Assembly: GCA_051252135.1 (NCBI GenBank)
Contig: JBPOGH010000004.1
Coordinates: forward strand, 160,001-224,000
Origin: Verrucomicrobiaceae bacterium
GTDB lineage: Bacteria > Verrucomicrobiota > Verrucomicrobiia > Verrucomicrobiales > Akkermansiaceae
Length of the DNA: 64,000 nt
Direction: 5' to 3'
Shown: positions 58,491-64,000 of the stretch, one piece after another
Numbering within the stretch: the first letter of the stretch is position 1
Layout of the letters: each line of letters opens with the position of its first letter
Notes under the pieces: model-generated
Database searches by the model: none
What the model saw: only the letters and a program-made list of their open reading frames with translations
Told to the model about the DNA's origin: nothing
Program-made: the position numbers and the translations under genes

Positions 58491-58835
58491 CTAGGGGCGT
58501 TTTTGGGTGAGCATGATTTCGTTGCCTTCGGTATCGATGCAGAAGGCGAGGTGGATCATGCCGTCTTCTTCTTCGGGTTCGCGGACGAGGGAGCCGCCGT
58601 TGGCTTTGAGGGATTCGATGCCGGCGATGATGTCATCGCATTGGAAGCTGAGGCCGGTCCAGGTGCGTTTTCCCTCGCCGCCGCCGTGGATGCCGATGGT
58701 GGATCCGCAGAGGGTGAGTTCGCTCCAGACTTCCATTTCGAACTGGAGTTCGGCGCCGAAGGTCTCCTGGTAGAACTTGATGGCGCGGAGGTGGTCGGCC
58801 GCCCAGATGGCGTATTTTACTTTATGAACGGTCAC
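58491..58835 (-). CDS. VOC/glyoxalase family protein
   Basis: RAIKFYQETFG, DTEGNEI. Confidence 0.88.
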   Translation of the reverse strand: MTVHKVKYAIWAADHLRAIKFYQETFGAELQFEMEVWSELTLCGSTIGIHGGGEGKRTWTGLSFQCDDIIAGIESLKANGGSLVREPEEEDGMIHLAFCIDTEGNEIMLTQKRP

Positions 58836-58899
58836 GGAAGAGGAGTATCACTGCTTCGATGGGTGGACAAGTGGGAGGAGTGGGCTAGGGTCTTTTTCC

Positions 58900-59394
58900 G
58901 TGAAGCTTGCACCTTTTCCGAATCCCCGTGTGTTGATGAGGCAGTGGGAGAAGGGCGAGATTACGCGGGATCAGCTGCATGTGCTGATGACGCAGCATCA
59001 GGAGGCGATCCTTGCGGAGGCGGAGGAGGAGCGGGAGAATCCCTTTGCGAGTTACATTGACCGGATGGTGAACAAGCGGATGGCGAAGAAGCTCATCGAT
59101 CGGCATGGGGAGGCGAATCTCCGGGAGTTGTGCCTGGCGCTCTCGGAGCTGGAGGATTTTCTGCCGGCGGCGTTTTTATGGAATGTGAATCACTGGGATT
59201 TGCCGCTGCATTGTTTTTTTCGGAACAAGCGGGAGCCGGTGTTTCGGGTGCGCGATGTGTTCGTGAAGCATCATCGGGCGATGATGCTGATTGAACATGG
59301 ATCGGCGAACAAGCGGCAGACGCAGCGGGAACGGATCCACTTTGAACGCCACTGGAAGGGCGAGATGAAGGTGGTGCGGCGGGAGGGGGTTTGA
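58900..59394 (+). CDS. Hypothetical protein
   Basis: Host-like codon usage; fills the gap between flanking genes. Confidence 0.65.
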   Translation: MKLAPFPNPRVLMRQWEKGEITRDQLHVLMTQHQEAILAEAEEERENPFASYIDRMVNKRMAKKLIDRHGEANLRELCLALSELEDFLPAAFLWNVNHWDLPLHCFFRNKREPVFRVRDVFVKHHRAMMLIEHGSANKRQTQRERIHFERHWKGEMKVVRREGV

Positions 59395-59410
59395 GAGCGC
59401 CCGGACAAGT

Positions 59411-60784
59411 TTACTTGGCGATGAGGTCGTAACCGCGGTGGTCGGTGACTTTGAGGGTGGCCCACTCGCCGACGGGGATGTCGAGAGGGACGAAGATGCG
59501 TCCGTCGATATCGGGGGCGTCCCACATGGAGCGGGCGATGCCTTCTTCTTCAACGAGGACGCGGATTTCTTTTCCGAGTTGGGTCTCGTTGACTTCCTGG
59601 GCGACGAAGTCGATGGCGGAAGTGAGTTCACGGTGACGTTTTTTAATCGTCATGTGGTGGAGGTGGTCGGTGCGCTTTTGGGCGCGGGTGCCTTCTTCCT
59701 TGGAATACTGGAAGATGCCGCAGCGCTCGAACTTGAAGGTCTTGATGAAGTCGAGGAGTTCCTGGTGGTCGGCATCGGTCTCGCCGGGGAAGCCGGTGAT
59801 GAAGGTGGTGCGGATGGCGAGGTCCGGGATGCCCTCGCGCATGCGCTGAAGGAGATCGCGGACGTAGTTTCCATCGGTCTTGCGGTTCATCTCCTTGAGC
59901 ATGTGATCGGAGATGTGCTGGAGGGGGATATCGACGTAGCGGGCGACCTTGGGGCACTCGGCGATGGTCTGGATGAGTTCGTCGGACCAGTGGGCGGGGT
60001 GGGTGTAGAGGAGGCGGATCCAGAAGTCTCCCTCGAGGGCGTTGAGTTCACGGAGGAGGGAGGCGAGGGATTCGCCTTTTTCGGAGTTTACGCCGGAGGT
60101 GGGCTTGGGGCGGTTGCCACGGCCCTGCCAGCGGTCCATGCCGAAGTAGGTGGTGTCCTGGGAGATGAGATTGATTTCCTTAACGCCCTGGGAGATGAGT
60201 CCTTTTGCTTCCTGGACGATGGAGTCCTGGGTGCGGGAGCGGTGTTGGCCGCGGATTTTTGGAATGATGCAGAAGGAGCAGGTGTGATTGCAGCCTTCGG
60301 CGATCTTGAGGTAGGCCATGTGGCCGGGGGTGAGGCGGAAGCGGGGGGTGGTGTAGTCCGGGATGTAGCGGGACTTGGCGGTGACGGTATCGAGTGAGCC
60401 CTCCTCGCTGACATTTCGGTTGAGAGTTTGGCGGACGATGGAGGCGACGTCGGTGATTTGGTCGAGGCCGATGAAGGCGTCGACTTCCGGCAGGAGGCCG
60501 GGGAGATCTTTTTGGAACCGTTGGGAGAGGCAGCCGGCGACGATGATTTTTTGTTTCTCGCGGGCGGGGTCCTTTTGGCGTGCGTTGACGGCGTCGATGA
60601 TGGTGCCGACGGACTCGTCCTTGGCGACATCGATAAAGGAACAGGTGTTGATGATGAGGGCATCGGCCATTTCGGGATCCGGGATGAGGGTCATGCCTTC
60701 ATTTTGAAGGTGACCGAGCATGATTTCCGAATCGATGAGGTTCTTGGCACAGCCAAGGGAAATGAGTCCAATCTGGGTGGGCAT
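59411..60784 (-). CDS. rimO: Ribosomal protein S12 methylthiotransferase RimO
   Basis: SLGCAKNLIDSE, NTCSFI, KIAEGCNHTCSFCIIP, DAPDIDG (TRAM). Confidence 0.96.
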   Translation of the reverse strand: MPTQIGLISLGCAKNLIDSEIMLGHLQNEGMTLIPDPEMADALIINTCSFIDVAKDESVGTIIDAVNARQKDPAREKQKIIVAGCLSQRFQKDLPGLLPEVDAFIGLDQITDVASIVRQTLNRNVSEEGSLDTVTAKSRYIPDYTTPRFRLTPGHMAYLKIAEGCNHTCSFCIIPKIRGQHRSRTQDSIVQEAKGLISQGVKEINLISQDTTYFGMDRWQGRGNRPKPTSGVNSEKGESLASLLRELNALEGDFWIRLLYTHPAHWSDELIQTIAECPKVARYVDIPLQHISDHMLKEMNRKTDGNYVRDLLQRMREGIPDLAIRTTFITGFPGETDADHQELLDFIKTFKFERCGIFQYSKEEGTRAQKRTDHLHHMTIKKRHRELTSAIDFVAQEVNETQLGKEIRVLVEEEGIARSMWDAPDIDGRIFVPLDIPVGEWATLKVTDHRGYDLIAK

Positions 60785-61130
60785 AGCGTCTGGCTGGAGA
60801 TAAGCAGGGATTGGAGGATTTGGAAGGAATATCAGGGCGCGTGAGTTGTGCTGTGGCGGGAGGAACGGGGATTTCCGCCCGAGGGAGGGTGGCGAGAGCA
60901 GGTGGGCGGCCTGATTTCCGGGCAGGGATTAAGGTCTGCGGGAGCGAGAGGCCGGGGCAGCCGGGAGGAGGTGGCCCCAGGGGGCGTATTTTTGAGGTAT
61001 TGACCGGACCGGTGTGAGTGGGGGGCCGACCGGTCCGGTCAATCCATGGAGCGGGTACGGATGGTGTGTCCGATGGAAGCCCGCAGAGCAAATTGCGATA
61101 TGAAATCGGGCAATCTGCAAGATTCAGGAT

Positions 61131-61286
61131 TTAGTCCTTCGTGATGGGCGACTGCACTTTGTAGCCCTCTTCACTCAGGATGTATCCGCCCGCAGCGCCC
61201 GCAGCAAGGGGGACACAGGAGGTGAGAGAGGAAAGTGCGATTCCAGAAAGAAGGACGAGAGATGCCAATTTAAGATGTTTTTTCAT
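61131..61286 (-). CDS. Small lipoprotein (51 aa, below the ORF-track cutoff)
   Basis: MKKHLKLASLVLLSGIALSSLTSCVPLAAGAAGGYILSEEGYKVQSPITKD. Confidence 0.75.
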   Translation of the reverse strand: MKKHLKLASLVLLSGIALSSLTSCVPLAAGAAGGYILSEEGYKVQSPITKD

Positions 61287-61369
61287 AATGTTTGAGTCTG
61301 GATACACCATCTCTCTTGCGGGGAGTGTGCCAATTCCGGGGGGGGATTGCCGGATTTTTCCATGGCTTC

Positions 61370-61545
61370 GTCCCAGAAGCCTTTTTTGTCGGGATTGAGG
61401 GGAGAGATGACGAAGTCTCTTCCGGCTTCGATTTCCTTGGGCGGGCCGTGGGTTTTGACCATTTCGAGGTCATCGCCGCTATCGACCCCGCCATGGAGGA
61501 AGAGAAGGAGGGGCGGGGTTGGGCCTTTGTCGTTGGTGTTTACTC
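61370..61545 (-). pseudogene. Remnant of an alpha/beta-fold esterase/peptidase
   Basis: PLLLFLHGG.DSGDDLEMVKTHGPPKEIEAGRDF.ISP...W; no nucleophile elbow or C-terminal part. Confidence 0.6.
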
Positions 61546-61576
61546 CCGCCTTGCCTGAAGAGAAATTCCTTCGCAG

Positions 61577-61601
61577 CACTCATTGGGCATTTTTCAGACG
61601 G
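61577..61601 (-). mobile_element. IS/MITE terminal-repeat-like motif, copy B
   Basis: Reverse complement CCGTCTGAAAAATGCCCAATGAGTG; matches 13550-13574. Confidence 0.55.
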
Positions 61602-61657
61602 CGTCTGAGGAGAATTAGGCGGTGGCATCTGCCGGGGATTGCGCTAGAATGGGGTTC

Positions 61658-61828
61658 ATGAAGGTTATCGTTTCCTTAATTTGCGCTGTGTCATTTTTGG
61701 TCTTGCCGTCCTGTGCGCCGGGTCAACCGCCGACAGCGGCCGAGAAAGGAGTGAGCGGAACGGTCAAAGGAGTGAACGAGGTGGGATACTTTGCGCGGAA
61801 TGTTCAGGGCATCCGGAGTTTTTTTTAA
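61658..61828 (+). CDS. Small lipoprotein
   Basis: MKVIVSLICAVSFLVLPSC lipobox; TAGAAT 7 nt upstream. Confidence 0.7.
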   Translation: MKVIVSLICAVSFLVLPSCAPGQPPTAAEKGVSGTVKGVNEVGYFARNVQGIRSFF

Positions 61829-61868
61829 GGATTGGTGTTAGAAGTGATCTGAAGACACGTAACGGTTC

Positions 61869-63134
61869 TTGGTGAGAATCGTTATTTGTTTTTGTGTCCT
61901 CCTTGCGAGTGTGTTTTCGGTCGTTGGGGAGTCGAGGTATACGGAGGATTATCCGGAGGCGGGATCGAAGAAGGGGCTTCAGGTGGAGTTGGTGGGGGAT
62001 GCGTTATCGCTGGGGGTGAAGCATGCGGCGCTGAATTTTAATTTGAGCCAGTTGGTGGATCCGAAGGGGGAGGCGGGGAACCCGAGCACGACTTTGGGGG
62101 GGAAGGAGTATCATTTTCGGCAGGGGTATTTGGCGCAGATGGACCGGAAGATTAAGGCGCTTTCGGAACCCGGGGTGTTGGTGAATTTGATTGTGCTGAC
62201 GTATCAGTCGCATGATGCGGAGGTGAACCGGTTGATGCTGCACCCGAAGGCGGTGGAGGCGCCGCCGAACCGGCTTTGTAATTTCAACACGGTGACTCCG
62301 GAGGGGAGGGCGTGGTTTCAGGCGGCGATGAATTTTGTGGCGGAGCGTTGGGCGCGGCCGGACCGGAAGTTTGGTCGGGTGGTGGGATACGTGATCGGCA
62401 ATGAGGTGAACTCCCACTGGTGGTGGAGCAATATGGGGCGGGTGACGATGGAGGAGTATACGCGGGATTATGAGCGGACGATGCGGCTGGCGTATCAAGC
62501 GGTGAGACGGGAGTCATCGTGGGCGCGAGTGTATGTTTCGATGGAGCATCATTGGACGAAGCGGTTTGCAGCGGGTGATGAGATGCAGGCGTTTCCGGGG
62601 CGGGATTTTCTGGGTCTGTTTGCGAAGTTGGTGCGGGAGAAGGGGGAGTTTCCGTGGCATGTGGCTTTTCATCCGTATCCGGAAAATTTGAGGAATCCGA
62701 GATTTTGGGAGGACAAGACGGCCACTGATGGGCCGGATACGCATCGGATCACGTTTAAGAATCCGGATGTGCTGGTGGATTATTTGAAGCGGCCGGAGAT
62801 GACTTATCGGGGGACGCCGCGGCGGATTATTTTGAGTGAGCAGGGGTTTGATACTCCGAAGGGGCCGCAGGGGGAAGTGGTGCAGGCGGCGGCGTATTGC
62901 CTGGCGTATAAGACGGTGGAGTCGATGGAGGGGATTGACTCGTTTATTTTGCACCGGCATGTGGATCACAAGCAGGAGGGGGGATTACGGCTTGGGTTGC
63001 GGCGTTGGGATGCGGCGAAGACTCCGAAGAAAATCTATGAGGTGTTCAAGCTGGCGGATACGCCGGAGTGGGAGGAGGCGTTTCGGTTTGCGTTGCCGAT
63101 TGTGGGGCGGGAGGATTGGGAGATGGGGAAATAA
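61869..63134 (+). CDS. DUF5722-like putative glycoside hydrolase
   Basis: SKKGLQV, YVIGNEVN, AFHPYPE, ILSEQG. Confidence 0.75.
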   Translation: MVRIVICFCVLLASVFSVVGESRYTEDYPEAGSKKGLQVELVGDALSLGVKHAALNFNLSQLVDPKGEAGNPSTTLGGKEYHFRQGYLAQMDRKIKALSEPGVLVNLIVLTYQSHDAEVNRLMLHPKAVEAPPNRLCNFNTVTPEGRAWFQAAMNFVAERWARPDRKFGRVVGYVIGNEVNSHWWWSNMGRVTMEEYTRDYERTMRLAYQAVRRESSWARVYVSMEHHWTKRFAAGDEMQAFPGRDFLGLFAKLVREKGEFPWHVAFHPYPENLRNPRFWEDKTATDGPDTHRITFKNPDVLVDYLKRPEMTYRGTPRRIILSEQGFDTPKGPQGEVVQAAAYCLAYKTVESMEGIDSFILHRHVDHKQEGGLRLGLRRWDAAKTPKKIYEVFKLADTPEWEEAFRFALPIVGREDWEMGK

Positions 63135-63210
63135 AGGAGCGCCCGTCCCCGGGACTTTGAGTCCAGAGAACGGGCGCAGGTTGCCGTTTGGGGATTGTTT
63201 TTTTTACCGA

Positions 63211-63735
63211 TTAGCGGCGTGGGGGTCCGGGGGGGCGGCGGTCGTTTCCGCCACGTTCTCCGCCGCCGCCGCCGCCGCGTTGTCCGCCTTCGGGGGCCTG
63301 GATATCGGCTTCCTCGGAGGAGATTTTTCCGTTGTCGTCCTGATCAAGGGTGGCGAGTGAGGTGGCGGCGTTTTCGATTTCCTCTTGAGAAAGGGCGCCG
63401 TCGCCATCGGTATCGAGGGCGGTGAAGATGGTGGACTTGGGAGGTTCGGGGCGATCTCCGCTTTCCTCTTCCTGATCGCGGCTGCGCTTGCGACGGCGAT
63501 CTTCTTTGGGGGGCTCGGGGCGGAGTTCGTCTTCGGTGAGTGAGCCGTCGTTATTTTCGTCGAGCTTGAGGAGGGCGCGTGAGGCACCGCGGATTTCGCG
63601 GGAGGAGAGTTGGTGGTCGTGGTCGCGATCGAGCATCATGACGACAGGATCGGGAGGAGGGCCTTCGGGGCGTTGGGCTGAGGCGGCGAGGGAGCCTCCG
63701 GCGAGGAGGGCGATGATGAGTTGGTTGGTTTTCAT
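63211..63735 (-). CDS. Secreted EF-hand protein
   Basis: DRDHDHQLS, DENNDGSLT, DTDGDGALS, DQDDNGKIS. Confidence 0.9.
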   Translation of the reverse strand: MKTNQLIIALLAGGSLAASAQRPEGPPPDPVVMMLDRDHDHQLSSREIRGASRALLKLDENNDGSLTEDELRPEPPKEDRRRKRSRDQEEESGDRPEPPKSTIFTALDTDGDGALSQEEIENAATSLATLDQDDNGKISSEEADIQAPEGGQRGGGGGGERGGNDRRPPGPPRR

Positions 63736-63903
63736 AAGGTAATTTTTGGTTACGTTGAAGACGATGGCTGAGGGTTGTTAAGGGATGATGTTGGTTCAGG
63801 AGGTAATTTGTTAAGAGTTGGTTAAGGCGCAAACTGGTTCGATTTTGAATGATCGGGTGAGGGATGAAAGAATGCGGGGCGAGGTGGGGTAATGGAGGGC
63901 TAT

Positions 63904-64000
63904 ATGAAATCATCGCTAGTGATTCACGGGGTTTGGGCTGTTGTTGCCGTCGCTTCTTTTGCAGTGGGCTCCCAATTTTTTGACAAGGAAGCCGGTGATG
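63904..64000 (+). CDS. Partial hypothetical membrane-anchored protein
   Basis: MKSSLVIHGVWAVVAVASFAVGSQFFDKEAGD runs off the window. Confidence 0.55.
   Translation, partial: MKSSLVIHGVWAVVAVASFAVGSQFFDKEAGD

Noticed and set aside
61593..61602. Neisseria DNA uptake sequence GCCGTCTGAA
   Set aside because: Only one exact copy noticed, and it is part of the longer 25-bp motif; wrong lineage

Overview
64 kb of a GC-rich bacterial chromosome. PEP-CTERM proteins, a PSD1/DUF1549-DUF1553 cytochrome and a DUF1080 protein point to Verrucomicrobia (inference). The backbone is mostly housekeeping and envelope genes: an HtrA/Deg protease pair, ychF, an MFS sugar transporter with a GH13, rsmI-lptE-bamD, gluQ, a crtI-family desaturase, tsaA, gcvTHP, hpt, two Hsp20s, two L,D-transpeptidases, a two-component system, rnpB, tRNA-Val(GAC), tRNA-Leu(TAG) and rimO. 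The + strand is strongly G-skewed. Structure the gene list does not explain: (1) an integrase-less integron-type cassette array at 11.6-13.1 kb with matching R'/R'' cores, a full attC, a promoter and an adjacent 23x7-bp repeat; (2) a ~5.6-kb integrase-less island at 36.7-42.3 kb flanked by a 60-bp direct repeat of the 3' end of a multiheme cytochrome gene, encoding a 7xFN3-hydrolase and a propeller-like protein; (3) two inverted copies of a 25-bp IS-end-like motif 48 kb apart, each next to a gene remnant; (4) a ferritin-like/ATP-grasp fusion whose homologous N-terminus has no canonical start codon; (5) a candidate structured RNA upstream of rimO; (6) a stand-alone OvoA-type methyltransferase; (7) a sigma54-type Hsp20 promoter. 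All family calls come from recognising motifs by eye; no database searches were run.
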